NCBI RefSeq assembly: GCF_964188315.1
Contig: NC_135661.1
Coordinates: 45,198,001 to 45,262,000, forward strand
Source: Podarcis muralis
Lineage: Eukaryota
Reading direction: 5' to 3'
DNA length: 64,000 nucleotides
Shown one piece after another: positions 32,552-47,213 of the stretch (the stretch's first letter is position 1; each line of letters opens with the position of its first letter). Both the position numbers and the translations under genes were made by a program. Below the pieces are notes generated by a model. That model made no database searches. It worked only from the letters and a program-made list of their open reading frames with translations, and was not told the DNA's origin.

Positions 32552-35500
32552 TTATTATTTATACCCCGCCCATCTGGCTGGGCCTCCCCAGCCACTCTGG
32601 GCGGCTTCCATAAAAACCAAAAATACAATAAAATATCACATGTTAAAAACTTCCCTGAACAATTTCAATTAAGAAATTGGTCCCTAGGTGTATGGTTGGG
32701 TTAAAGGTGTCTGAAAATGTTGACTACTGCCTTAGACAGTAGACATTTGGGCAGCACTAGCAAGTGGATGTTTGTATTCTGACTATATTTTTCACATTTT
32801 TATGTATTTATTATTATTGTATTTTTACTCTTTGTTGTAAATCACCTCAGGATTCTTTGAAGAGAAAAGTAAACTATAAATTTAATGAACCCCAAAACTT
32901 ATCTATACACATTTGTTGAACACTGGATTTATCAACTACTGAAGCGTTAAGTTTCAAGATAATACGCATCCATACGCATTACAGTGGTGCCTCGCAAGAC
33001 GAAATTAATCCGTTCCGCGAGTCTCTTTGTCTTGCGGTTTTTTAGTCTTGCGAAGCACGGCTATTAGCGGCTTAGCGGCTTAGCGGCTATTAACGGCTTA
33101 GCGGATTTAAGAAAAAGGAAACAAACTCGCAAGAACTTGCAAGACGTTTCGTCTTGCGAAGCAAGCCCATAGGGAAATTCGTCTTGCGGAACGACTCAAA
33201 AAACGGAAAACCCTTTCGTCTAGCGAGTTTTTCGTCTTGCGAGGCATTCGTCTTGCGGGGCACCACTGTATTCTCACTTTTATTATGTATTGTTTATTTT
33301 GTGCCTAATATTTTTGTATTCAGCAGTGATTCATTCTGTGCTTGTTGCTATTGTATGTAATGCACTTAAGTGTTAAGTACATTAACACCTATTTCTAGTT
33401 ATATTTAATTTATTTATATTAATAATTCATGTTATAGTCTTATCCTTATATTTAATAAAACAAAAAGCAAACAAACGAGGAATTGCAATTCAGCAGCTAA
33501 AATCCCAATTGTTTCTCTTTTCTGCTAACAATTCTTAGAAATTTATTACCCCTATTTTGCACCAATTTTTGCTTTTTATGTGTTCATTATGTGTTCGTTT
33601 TCACATGTGAAATATTGGAGGCTATGGAGCAGGTCTAATTTTTCACTGCAGGGACCATAAGAACTCAAATTTAGAAGGAATGTTTTCTTTCCTTTCCAAT
33701 GTTTCTTACAGAGAAGATGATGCATATAAGCAAACATAATTATTAGATCCCAACTCTACGAACAATCAAAAAGGAGATATTAAACTGCTTTGTTTGACGA
33801 TTGAGTCAGACTTTGAAATTAGCCTAGATTTGAATTGTTTGCCAGTAGTATTAGCAACCTATTAATGTAAAGGTACCCCTGACCGTTAGGTCCAGTCACA
33901 GCCGACTCGGGGGTTGCGGTGCTCATCTCGCTTTACAGGCCAAGGGAGCTGGCGTTTGTCCGCAGACAGCTTCCGGGTCATGTGGCTAGCATGACTAAGC
34001 TGCTTCTGGTGAAATAGAGCAGCGCACGGAAACACCGTTTACCTTCCCTCCGGAGCAGTACCAACGAAGACAACAGTTTGGGACCTATGAAAGAAGAGTT
34101 GCTTCGCACATGGTTACAGGGCCATAAGCATCATTTGGCTTATTTTGTGTCAGATTTTGCTTTCAGATTCTTTTTATACACTTTTTTCCCCTACATGGTA
34201 TTTTGTTGTTCTGTGCTTGAGGTTCTTCTGCCTTTCTGTGTGTGTGTGTTTTTAAAGCACAGGTGTATTTGTTATCAAGTGTTCTTACACCATATTCTTC
34301 CTTAAGCTCAAAGCTCTTTTGAGGACCTTGGACATTGCTGAGGTCCACATCTATTTAACTTCAGCAGTGATATAACAAAAGGCACTTTCTCATAATACAT
34401 CATGTAATTCTCCCTCTTTCAAAAAGTTCCCTGAGGATATAGATCATCTCAGTGGGTGGGCAGGGAATAAAATGTTTTAAAATCAACTCAGTCTTGTATG
34501 GAGAAAGACACATTTGGAGCCTGGGGAGTGAAAATATTTACAAATGTTCAATATTTTAGTCATTTTGCTGGAAGATTTTTCTTTAGATAGAAAGTATGGG
34601 ATTTTTTTATATACCCTTTCTACTTGCTTTCCATTATTTTCTTTTATTTATTTTATTTTATTATTTTATGATATTAGCATCTTCTGTGTAGCTCGTCCTC
34701 TTTTCCAGAGGAGATTTGGGGTTATTACATCTCCTTTTTTTGCTTGTGATAATTTCATAATACCTCCCTTCTCTAAAGAAAATTATTCATTTTAATTTAA
34801 TAGTAATAGTGAGAATAAAAAGCTCATGTATGTTGGACAACAAAATGAGTATTAATGTTTTGTTATAAATTATTTATCACATTACAAATATTATTTTAGT
34901 ACCCTTGTTTAAAATAGTGTGTATTATGAGATAATAACTATTGTTTAAATACTGAAACTTTTAAATAGAAAATATCTCCCCTCTTATGTCTTCTCTTCTA
35001 CTTAACTAAAGGTTGTCGTGGAGACAGAAAAATCTTCTTTTGAATTTGAGTTCTTGTCATTGGATGATTTGGAGCACATGGTCATCCACATAGTCACATC
35101 TCTGAAGAAGATCTTTCCAATTTCTTCACCTGGGTAAGGGGGTTATGTAGTTTACCAAAGCCCAAGATTGTACATATATTGGAGACTTTTGAACAGGTTG
35201 GGGAACCTGTGGCCCTGTATATATTGTTGGACTAAAATTTTCACCATCTCTGACCATTAACTATGTTGGCTGGAGCTGATGGAAGTTAGAGCCGAACAAA
35301 ATCTGGTGGGACACAGGTTCGCCAGCCTACATTAGAAGATATGGGCTGAACACTGGTGACCAGGGCCAAACTAGTTAGATGGGTTTGGAGTGGTTATTAT
35401 TATATAGCACATTAGCATGCTCAAATCAGGTACAATATCTTAAATAAAACATATAACAGGGCTAGCCACCATGGTACTGTCCAGATATTTTGGGCTACAG

Positions 35501-38500
35501 CTTCCATCATCCTTGGCTATTCTAGCTGGGTTTGATGGGAGTTGTAGTACACAACATCTGGAGGGTGTCACATTGGTTATCCTTGCCTCACAACAACCCT
35601 TTAAATCAGGGCAGTGTTATTATGCTTCACATTGCAGGTATGAAGATGTGGGGTGAAACAGTAGAGAATGTAAGAGATAGTGGTATGCCTAAGGCTTTCC
35701 TATAGACTCATTACGTGATTTGAACAAGAGATTTATTGGCTAACAGTTCAGTCTTATATCCACTATCCTATACTAGCATCTGTTTCCCAAAAGCATCTTG
35801 TCTGAAGCATCTGTTACGCTTGAAAGGTATAGTGGAAGCTCACTGACACAGCCCATTAGGGAAAGGGACTATAGCTTTATGATAAAGCACATTTTTAGCT
35901 CATGTTTCATACCCAGATAATGCAAGAAGTGATAATGCAGTGGGCAGCCAACACTTCTTGGTCTTCATATTTTTTAAAGACTCAAGCCGATAACAGTTCT
36001 GATGAGAGGACAATAAAGTACTTGGTTGTGGATAACTACACAACATTGATCTATCTAGCTTAGTATCATCACCACTGAGAGGCAGTGGCTCTCCAGATAA
36101 TAAGCTTTGAGTCTTTCTTGGCCCTGGCTGCAAATACCAGGGGTTGAACCTGGGACTGGTTGCAGGCAAAGCTTGTGCTTTACCATCTTCATCTTACAAA
36201 GCCATGGCAGACCTCAGTTAATGTATAAGCGGGGGGCAGGAATAGAGCACAGATGATATGTTGTTGAAACCAGATAGAAGCCTACAATACCTTCTTATTT
36301 CTGAGAAGGTACAATGGTCACATTTACAAGTAGTATTTGGAAACTGATTTACTGAGACTGTGCCAGGGCAATATTGTAAGAATGACAGGGTGTTACAGAT
36401 CAGCACATGTTCTGGTTGAAGTTTCCAGAAGCATTTTTGGTTTAGAGATGCGTAACTGATTACCTTAAGCACCAGATGTTTCAACAGTACCAATTTATTT
36501 GTTTCTTTTAAACAAAAGAAAGGTAGGGGGGGTACGTGAGTGGACAGTGTTGTTATATGAGTCCACTAGATGGCTGTGGACTTAATTAGGTGGAATCAGG
36601 AGCTTCCTGTGTCTGTCCCGATAATAATGTTTTTGTCCAACTTCCTGACCGGTGCGTCCTCTAAGCCTTCAGTGAAAAAAATGTAATTGGTTTTTCCCTT
36701 TGTTTTGAAGAAACCTACTCCAAAATGCCTCCCCCATCTTGGTCGACAGAATAAAAGCGATAACAGATTCCTTGGAAGAATTACTAAAGGAAAATCAAGG
36801 CCCATGTGGTAATCTTTATATATGAAAATTATTGGAGGAAAATATGTTGGAAGTAATTGTTGAGCCAAGCTATAGTTGTGAAGAATTGTAAACTAGGGAT
36901 AAGGAAATATATCAATTCTGGTTTCTCATTTTTCTCTACATTTTCACAGCTGTTTGCAATTATTGTTTTTAAAAATAATCCTCATGAAAATTCACCAGCA
37001 TTTGTGTGAATTTCTCCTAATATACACATTTGTTTATGCAGTTTCTCCTGATATAATAAATTTAATGTTATCTTCATTAACATATTCAATTATATGCACA
37101 TTTTGTCCTAGTATATGTATTTTGTTATCCATTCCCTGGCTGGATAAGTGTACTGCAAAATTTGGAGAATGCAAATTTTGAAGGATGGTTATGTTTCTCT
37201 AATGTTTCTGAAAGTTTGAGTTAGGTAGGCTCCTCTCTGCAAAGTGAATCAAATTTCTCCCCTATACCTAGTCTAAACTAGCCTTTAAAATATGCTTACA
37301 AAAGTTTTTAGCCTTTTTAAAAAAGTGAGCTACTGGGGGTCGTAGGGAAGGGACGTATGGCTCCATCCTCAGACAGCCCACTGTTTCCTATATTGGGCGC
37401 AGAGGAAGCACAGAACTTGTTTATCCACCTGCATGCAGTTTCTTGTTGTGTGTGGCAACTAGGTGAGTGCTTAAATACAAGGCTAGTTGTTTATTATTAT
37501 TATTATTTTATTATTTATTTATTTATTTATTTATTTAATACCCCGCCCTTCTGGCTGGGTTTCCCCAGCCACTTTGGGTGGCTTCCAACAAAACATTAAA
37601 ATACAACAATTCATCAAATATTAAAAGCTTCCCTAAACATACAATTTAAACTAAAAGTTTAAACTAAACTAAAAGTTTAAACATATTATTAAACTGGTGG
37701 TAAAACTAAAGCTTACTTCCCTTAGAGTGTTCTAGCCTTTAAAAAATCTGACAATTCTGAATTCATATGAATTTAGCATAAGCACAGATTGGAAAATAGG
37801 GCTGCAGGGTGTGTGTGTGTGTTTTTGACCTTGGCTTCAGAAGCACAGAGTTGCTAGTAGCTGCCACTCTGGCACCCTTTCTAGGAATCATTTTATGTAG
37901 AACTTGCCCTGGACTGCAGATGCTTATGCAGCCATCTCCCCATGTGCACATATGGTCAGTTTTTCCCTTGATTAAGACTGCCATCCTCTATTGGTTTACC
38001 TGGGAGTAAGCTTCACCGAACACAATAGTTATTTCCAAGTAACCTTTCATAGGATTGGTCCATAGAATATTTATATCCTGCCTTAACAATTATTGATTAT
38101 CTTCATAGCTGTTCACAAAATGATAAAATATGAACCAATTTTAAACAACATCTTAAAAATGAAACACTAGAAGCAGAAGCAGCCAGACAGTAAAATGGGA
38201 GATGAAATTGCCGATAAAGCTAAGCAGCAGCATCCAATTAAGCATTATAAACCATTAAAGGTCTGGGCAAGTAGGCTGCTTTGTGCATCAGCTGTATATA
38301 TGAGATGATGGTTTCTATGGTTGTGCAGCTGTCAAGTGGCCAGATGCCAAGGAGGACAGCAGGGCTCCTGTGCTATTTAAATAGTTGTAAATAAGAGAGA
38401 ATTTTAGCATTGACATCTTTTTGTGACATGGTGTGGTCGTTAGGAGGGTTGAATTAGGGCTGGGGAAGCCCTGGTTTAAATCCCAACTCAGCTGTGAAAC

Positions 38501-41500
38501 TCACTGAGAGACTTTTGGTCATTCATTCTTTCTGATGCTGCCTAACCAACCTCACGGGATTATTGTGTGGATAAACTTGACAGGGGAAAAACCATGTGCC
38601 CTGCTCTGAGCTCCTTCCAAAAAAAAGGGCAGTATAAAAATATAAGAAATACAAGATTGATATACAGTCAAAGCACTCATAGTTCAAACATGTCCAAACT
38701 TTTCAGTAGCTACATTTGCTGTTGTAACAAATTAGGTCTGTTGAGATATTTACAAATTGGAGGAATGAAGCTGGTGGCAACTGACATCTCTTCTCCACTA
38801 CTGCTTTACTTTATCTCAAATGTACTCCTTTTTATAGTTTTTTCTTAATAGTTTTTTTTAAAATAGATCTACAGCTGTATTTTCTATTTTTGTATCCAGA
38901 AGGATTGTTGGCAGGGTTGAGGAGTGAGGAATGGGAGTGATATTACTAATGGCCCAAATATTTGATTTGGGCAAAGTATCTTCTTGGCTCAGAATATCTA
39001 TATCTTGTGATTTTCCTGCATTATATAAATGTTTAAAAGTAATCACTTTTATATGGCCTGTCTTATAATTTTTGGAGTCTTCAAATACCATAATCTCTGA
39101 AATCTCTTTATCACCCATGCAAGATAGGTGTGTATTAATTGAGCTTGAGAGATAGTGGTTTACCTAAGACCAGCTACTAAGTTTCTGGCAAAGGAGAGTT
39201 TGGATCTAGAACTTGGATCAGCCTGTAAAATCTGTTCTGCAACATGTTCTGCTAATATCCTCTCACATTTACAGGTGGGTTTTCAGAGACATATGCTGCT
39301 CTCTGTGATTACATTGGCCTCCCTTTCCAAGAGGAGATCCAGTGGGTAAGACACAAATTAGTCATTCATACCAAAACAACATGCTTAAGAATAACACACA
39401 ACTCTGTGGCAGAAAAAAAGTAATGGCCAGAAAATGCTACCGTTTCCTTGTCTCCCACTGCATCAAGGAGTTTAATGTGTGCATGCACTTTTTCCAGATG
39501 GTGATTTGGCAACTCATTTGTGTCCGTATTCCCCCAGTTCCATCCTGCATGACCTGTGTACAATTATTATTTTTTGTAAAGTACAGTGGTACCTTGGTTT
39601 AAGAACAGCTTAGTTATGAACAACTTGGATTAAGAACGCTGCAAACTCAGAAGTAGGTGTTTTGGTTTGTGAACTTTGCCTTGGAAGCAGAATATGTTCT
39701 GCTTCCTGTTGAGTGTGTCTCATTTGTAAATTGAGTCCCCTGCTGCTATGGGAAAGCACGCCTTGGTTTAAGAACGCTTTGGTTTAAGAACGGACTTCTG
39801 GAACCGATTAAGTTCGTAAACCAAGGTACTACTGCAGTTCTTAAGACACAGGTATGCCAAGTCTGGCTCAGCATACTGATATTAAGCTCATCATTACTCT
39901 TGAGTGGAACTCTTCTGCTTAGAGATGGCTAGGTAGTACTGTTAGCATCTTCAACATTATGTGAATTTGCCAAACGGTCTCTTACCTCCCTGCAATGTGC
40001 TAATGTATTTTATTTTTATTTTTATTTTTCAAGGATGTGGATAATATTTATCACAGCCAGGAATGCAGGGAGTTCAACCTGCTGGATTTCAACCACCTCC
40101 ACAGCCAGTGAGTCCATATAAAAAAAATTGGGTGGGGAGTGAGAAGGGTGAAATCCATGAGGTGGTATTGAAAGCTATGCAGATTAGACCCATTGTAGGT
40201 AATAAACATGACTAATTTAAATTCATTCATTTCAATGAGTAGGACTTCATTGAATATCACCTGATATGCAGTCATACCATACAGTGTTAAAATAGCATGA
40301 AATCAGCAGTATTCTAATAAATCCAGGAATTCAGTCTCCCAGCTCAAGCCATGTTTATGTGTCAGTGCAAAGCTTGGCTGAGCAATGCTGTGTGCATTTG
40401 AGTTTCAAGATACTCAATGAAGCAATTGTGTGATTCCCTTCAATTCCCCTCATCTTCCCTGCATTGGCCCCAAGTGTGTCTGTCTAGAATGTAGCTGAAG
40501 ACCTCCATAAGTAGGCAGGCCTTTTTTGAATCTAGATCAAATGGGGAGTTGCTGTGTTAGACCATTTTAAAATAATCTTTATTGGGTTTTTTTAAAAAAT
40601 AAACTGTTCTTAAAAAAAAAATCAGGTGAATTGTGCCTTTTAGAGTCTAGATTTTAACTGTTTAAATTCTAAACTAATTACTTTGTTGAACTGAATAAGC
40701 TACATCTCTTGTTGGGTGCATAGTGGATTAGGATAGGTGGATGGGGCCAATGGATAACCTACTTCGTATGCAGAAGGTCCCATTCCTGGTTCAATTACTG
40801 GCATCTGTAGGTAGGGCTTGGATATTTCCCTGCCTGAAACCCTGAAAAGATGCTGCCATTGAGTGTCTGCAATACTGAGCTAGATGGATTAATGGTACAA
40901 CTTGACAGAATACATTTTCTATGTAATATTGCTTTTTCCTGTTGCAGAGATGTGGCTGTTAGTGTGACTAGCCTGTCATTGAATCAGTGGTTCACAAGGC
41001 TGTGCTGCAAGGACTTCAAACTGGTGAGTGCAGTGTGCTAGGCTTTTTGGCAAGGACCTCCCTGAGATGGACAGAAGCATAAGAACACAGGATGCAGCCT
41101 CCTTGCTGAAGCCAAGCTGGTTTGGGTCTGGTCATTGCCTGGATGGGAGACTGCATGCAAATTCCATGTATAACACCTTGAGTTCTGTGATGGAAGAAAG
41201 GCGGGATATAAATAAAACAAATAAATGTAAATTTGAGAGGGATCACCAGAGAACATGATTCACATGCAGAAGGGCCTGGGTTCAATCCCTGACACCCCCA
41301 ATTGAAAGCATCAGGTAGTATGTGATGTGAAAAGCGCCTGGAGTGGTGATGCCAGATAGAGTAGATAGTACTAGGCTAGATGGACCTGGTTTAAAAAGCA
41401 TCCTTCTTAATTCTTATGATGATGACAACAACAGCGATGGTTGGCATTTGTGTGGGCAGCTCACAAAAATTAATAAAATACAATATTAGAAATACAATAC

Positions 41501-44500
41501 AAAACAATAAAAAGAATAAAAATGTGCTTCTTGCAGATTTACAGCAAAATATAAACTATAAAACTGAGACGCTCAGATTAAAAGCACTAGTTGTTTAAAA
41601 ACTCTGCCTGAATAAGGAGGTATGTGCCAGCCATCAAAAAGAGCATAAGGATGATGCCAGGCAAGCCTCTCTTGGGAGGCTATTCCATAAACATGGTGCT
41701 GTTACCAAGGAGGCCCTATCCTGGTAGCCACTGAATTTAGCAGGGGCACTTGGAACACAACCTCTGTAGGAGAAGGTGAGTTTTCAGAGTAGGGCGGGGA
41801 GAAAATCAGAATATAGAAAAGAGAATTTTACATTTTTTGTCCCATAATTTTCTGCTAGTTGTTAATATGTTATAGGGGTTAGTGATTAATATAATGTCTG
41901 TTATTTCCCCCCCAATAATTATTTACAAGTTCTTTGATAATAACTGCCTCTGCCTCTTTCATAAGTCAGAAGTAAAATGTCTTCCTGAACCTTCCCTAGC
42001 AGGGCTTCACAGTATATTTTATTCTGCCCTAGAATTTGGATATCCTGGATCAGATTCTCCATGTTCTCAGCAAATCAGTGACTCTGGAAGAGCTGGTGTT
42101 GGAAAACTGTGGCTTGAAGTTGTAAGCAGAAAAAGTCTGGAGGTTTCATTATTAATATATAGTGAATTCATAATAAATGGTGGTTGCTGTTGGGAGTGGG
42201 ACACTGCATGACAACAGGTACACTTTTTTTAACACCATGCAACAAACAGCTTCATAATATATCAGCATGCTGTGGCAATGATCAGACCAGTTATTTAGGA
42301 TTGAGCAAAATGTCCAGCAAAAGAATTAGGGATGTTATGGAATCTTAGTTAATTAATGAAATGAGTTTAAATGCATGTCGTAAACCAGTCTTCACCAACC
42401 AGGTGCCCTCCATATGTTTTGGACTGCAACTCCAGCCAGCATGGTCATACATGGTTGTGATTTAAAAGATCCAGAAGGCGCTGCAAAATCCCGCGGAAGA
42501 TGGACAGCATTGTGCCAGTCACACACAAAGTGGCAGATAAACACCAGTTTAAGATACAAGTGCAGCACGCACCAACAAGCTTGAACAGTATACAGATTGG
42601 AAAAACGAATACTTAAAGCTATGAATAGGAATGTGTCGGGAGTAGAGCATGAGTTCTAAGCTCTGCCACTTAATTGTCTCCATGCCTCCTGCTGTGGTAA
42701 CCAGAACTATTTCTGATCTTCTCTGACCTTCTGTTTCTTCCAAGAGAAGAACTCAAGAAGACTTGAGTAGGAGTTTGTGCTGCACACATGTGGGTTTAAA
42801 AAGATCCTCATGGGCATCCCACCAGAACATTTTCAGTCAGATTGACTTTGACCTTCAGTATGGGCTAAATTTGCAAACCATGCACCAGTCAGTAGGCAGG
42901 TCCGGAAGTTCATATTTTGGTCATAATGTTGAGTGTTCCCCCAACCTCTGGCAAGTTTAGGATGCTACCAGGTTGCCCCCTAATCTTGGAACTGGAGTGG
43001 GCATCATGGATCATCCCCACCATTGTGCTCCACTTAACATATCTAAAGGGAAGGTTCCCCTTCCCAGTCTCAAAGGTCAGGAGGAGACCTTAGCAACACA
43101 GAACCAAAATAGAGCTGGGACTTGCTTCAGGCTGGGACTTGCTTCCATGCAATGTGTTTCCAGTGATGAGTTCTCCATCTCATGCTCCGTGGCTGGAGTT
43201 GAGAGGAGAATAAGGAATTGTTCCTGATCTTGCACTGTGCAGCACAAAATCGGGAACAAGGTATCAACCCTTGGGAGAGGAGCAAGTTCTTAGTGACCAC
43301 AGATGTTTGGTTGGCACGAAGGGAAGTCAAAATGTGTGAGGTACTATTATTTTCATCTGTGGGCTTGTTACTGTGTGAAATCTTTTTCCCTTGCAGTGAT
43401 TTTGCTCAACGGATGGCCCAGGTGCTTCACAATAATCCAAGCAATACCTTAAACATGCTTAATCTTTCTGGAAACCTGCTTGAGGACCGAGGTAGTGCAA
43501 TTTCTGATCTCTTGGCCAATATTGCATAGTAGTGACTTGTGTGTTCTGGCCATAATAATAAACTTGGTTCACTGTCTTCACTGGTGGAGGAAGAGGAGTG
43601 CGGGGGGAGTGCACCGCCCCCGGCAGCGCGATTCCAGTAAGGTGCCATTGCGGCTGCCCCCAGCCTGCACTAGGCACCACGCCCCTACAGGTGGCATGCC
43701 CTGCCCCCAGGACGTGCGGACAGCGCACCCCACCCCCGGGATGTGCGCCAGCCCCACCCCTGCCTGCTCAATGCCCCCCGGTGCTGGAGCATGAAGCTCC
43801 GCCACTGACTGTCTTAACTATTTACTTGGTTGCTCTATTTTTTGGCTAAATCCTCCTGCTGCAGTTACCTAGGTATAGAGAATCTCATTTGTTTCCGCCT
43901 TTAGAACTTTCAATTACTAAAGTTGCATTCTCTGCCCTGATAGAAAAGAGACCTTTCCAAGTCTTCAATTAGTTTGAGTGCTTCAGCTATTATAAATATG
44001 GACTTTTAATTTGTTAAGTGATTCACCATCTTTACTATGTGTGTTTGACCTTACAGTAGCCCTATGAGGTAGGTGACATCAGTCTCCCTATACCAATGGG
44101 GAGCTAAGGCTGAGAAATTTGTTTTAAATCCCTACACTGAAGAAGAAGAAGAGGTTGGATTTGAATGTTGGTCCAAGATTAGCTCTGGCCCACACTGGCT
44201 TAAGCAGTAAGATTAACTTGGGGAACAGGAGTGAATTTGTTAAACAAATAGCATTTAGTGTGTAATTGCTGCGTGTCATTCATTCACCTTGGGGGAAATT
44301 TGCATCACGATATCACCCAATCATTATATAGTCCTGTGTTTTCCTAGTGCTGCTTCCATCTTTTGTAGAATTTCTCCAAGTCTAGATTACTTTTGTGCTT
44401 CTTTTTCAGTATTTCCAAGTGGCATAGTTGCAAAATGTGTATTGATACATTGGGCAGGTAGACTTTTCCCCCACTTGGCAAACTTTGACTATTACTTTTC

Positions 44501-47146
44501 AAGTGGTCATCATATTATCACTGTTCCTCTTTATTTATAATTGTTCTTTTAGTTAGCACTAAAATGCTGCTATCCTATTTTTATATATAACTAAAACTCC
44601 CATCAGCCCCAGCCAGCATGGCCAACGGTAAGGGATAACAGGAGTTGTAGGCTGACAGTATCCTGAGGGTCCAAGCTGAGGAAGCAATCTTAAATAAAAG
44701 AGTATTTTTCTAAAACTCCCCACTGCCTTACTAGTTGCCACCATTTTATCAATGTGCTGCCCCGCCCCCCAATTTAAAATACTTCTGATCTAAAAACTTA
44801 GTCTAAGAGCCATCTGGAACATCTGTAAATCAAAACCTTTTTTTAAAACAAATCATGACATCTCACAGGTAATTACTCTTAAATGAACGAATACCATGGT
44901 TCAAATTAAATTATTGATCAGGAAAAAAATTTGATGGGTTATTTTCTGGCCCATCTATGTGGATGAAGCATAGTAGGATGTATACAGAAAAATTACAATA
45001 CCCCCACCGCCACCCAAGTTGTGTGGAAAGTTGATTGTTGCAATGCCACTTGTAGTTTACTATGGTAGAAGAATTCTTGGGTGGTACTAGGAACTGCCTG
45101 CCTAGAAGCACCACTGAAGTACTGGTACATGGCAGTACAATTGCATTCTATGTCTACTCAAGGGTTCTGTTCTCTCTTTAGGTATAATTGCTCTGAGCCA
45201 GAACTTAGAGCAAAGCATCAAGGGCTTCCAAAGCTTGAACTTTGCTAGGACCTCCTTGACTCCAAAAGGTACAGGGGGAAACAGTTAGTCCATGGTTGAA
45301 GGGTTTGGGGTAGTGGTACTGTTTCAGGATGCTGTATTAGGATGGCATTAGCACAGCAGAGAGAACTGAAATCTAAATCTTCATCTGTGGTATCTATTTA
45401 TAGTATCTTTATTGTAGTGTCATTATTAATGTTATCTTGCTGTGAGATTTATTGCAGTGATTAGATTTTTTGCCTTCATTCTTCCATATTAATGTTTTAT
45501 TAGTTCTATTAAATACTGGTTCATATTCCTTTTTTAATAAAATAAATATACATTGCCTGTTTTCTTCACTGCATGGATCCAGGGCTGGCCAAAGCAAAAT
45601 GTAAATTAAAAAATCCAGCACGACACCTCCAAAGCCTTGATATAGTTAAACAAGCTGATAAATAAAAAAAACCAACCAGACAATTTCTGTTCTTTAATGG
45701 CACTGGGACCAGCTCAAGAACTTTTTTACCTGAGAGGGAACAAAAACAGCATGCCCCATGGGTACAGCCAAGTAAAAGTGTATAGGAGCCAAGACTGACT
45801 ACTTGTGACAGAAAATCCCTTAAATGCCTCTTACCGGGAGGGAAAATACAATAATTCCAACTTAAAGTAAGAAGTTGCTGACCTTTCATGACATCAAAAA
45901 TCAGTTGACTGAGGTGAGGTAGTCACCTCACTCTACCTAATGGTAGAGCCAGCCCTTTAACAGGGTCACTGGATGGAAGACCTGCATGTACCAGTTGTTG
46001 ATATTTAACAAATCTATTAATTGCATTGGAGCATATCATGCAACTGTGCTTATCTAGCTGAAGGAATGCTTTCTCACTTCAGGTAAAGATGTAGTTCTCT
46101 GTACATACCTAATTTCACCAGTCAATGTCAGAATCTGAGCTAAGCAAGGCCAACCTTGCAAATGAAACAGTTGCCCTCCACCTTCCTCTATGTAACTTGG
46201 CACTTGCACCCTTAACACCTCTTTGTGATTTCTCTTGCCTGCCAGGAATGTTGGCCCTTTGCCAATCTCTAGGCTCCAATAGACTATACGGAACTACTCT
46301 GTACCACTTGGACCTTTCTGGGAACCCAGGGAGCCTGGCCACTGAAGGTGCAGACGTGAGTATTCATGGCCCCTGGAAACTGTGTAGCAGATGTGTTTTG
46401 CCTTCTGTTTCAGACACAGACAGGGACTCAAAGTTTGCTCCTCAGCCCCAATGTTGCTGTTTTGGAATTACAGTCTTTAAAAATCAATGCATCTAGGTTT
46501 CATTTGCTTTTGCATTTCTGCAGAAGCTAATGAAATAACAGAGTCAACAATGCTGTTCTGGAGCAGTTGTCTCTTTGCAGGAAGAGTTTTCTGGGCCTTT
46601 CACCTTCTCTTCCCAAAACTTAACTTATCTTGCTGTCTAGTCCCACAAGACCTGTCGCTGCTAAAATATTCTGTGTTAGTTCACAAGCTTTAAGTTGTCT
46701 CATCACCAGGCAAAGTCATTGGATAGTTTAAGTGGCTCAAGGGGTCACTTTTGCTGGTGATTCAGGGCTTTAAAGGTGAACAGCTCAGAAGCATAGAGGT
46801 AAACAATGAAGATATTTTTGTTCTATTCACTTTTATACACTTTCATTTGTTTTTTTACATTGAAGTTTTATTGGGTTTAGTTTTAATGATACAGTATATT
46901 GTTTGTTAGATTATACACCATTTAGATTTTTCTGAAATATTAAGCAGCTTATAAATGCTTTTAAATAAGGAACTGAGTCATGTTCTATCTAGAAAGCTCC
47001 AGATATTAGTTTAGCAGTGGCATTTAGGCCTGTTGGAGCTTCTGGATAGTTTTCAAAGGCAGCTCTAGAGTACATTAAAGAAATGCTTGCGGTGGACCTT
47101 GCTGTCTTACAACAGCCGCATTGCAATTTTCTCTCTCAACAAGTAA

Positions 47147-47213
<67 letters not shown>

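Noticed and set aside
32982-33268. CRISPR-like short repeats (CGCAAGACGAA, TTAGCGGC)
   Set aside because: Internal repeats of a TA-flanked TcMar MITE in vertebrate DNA; no regular unique spacers.
43680-43695. CTCF-like motif CCTACAGGTGGCA in the Tip100-like MITE
   Set aside because: Weak 5' half, and absent from the sister copy at 50656-50834.
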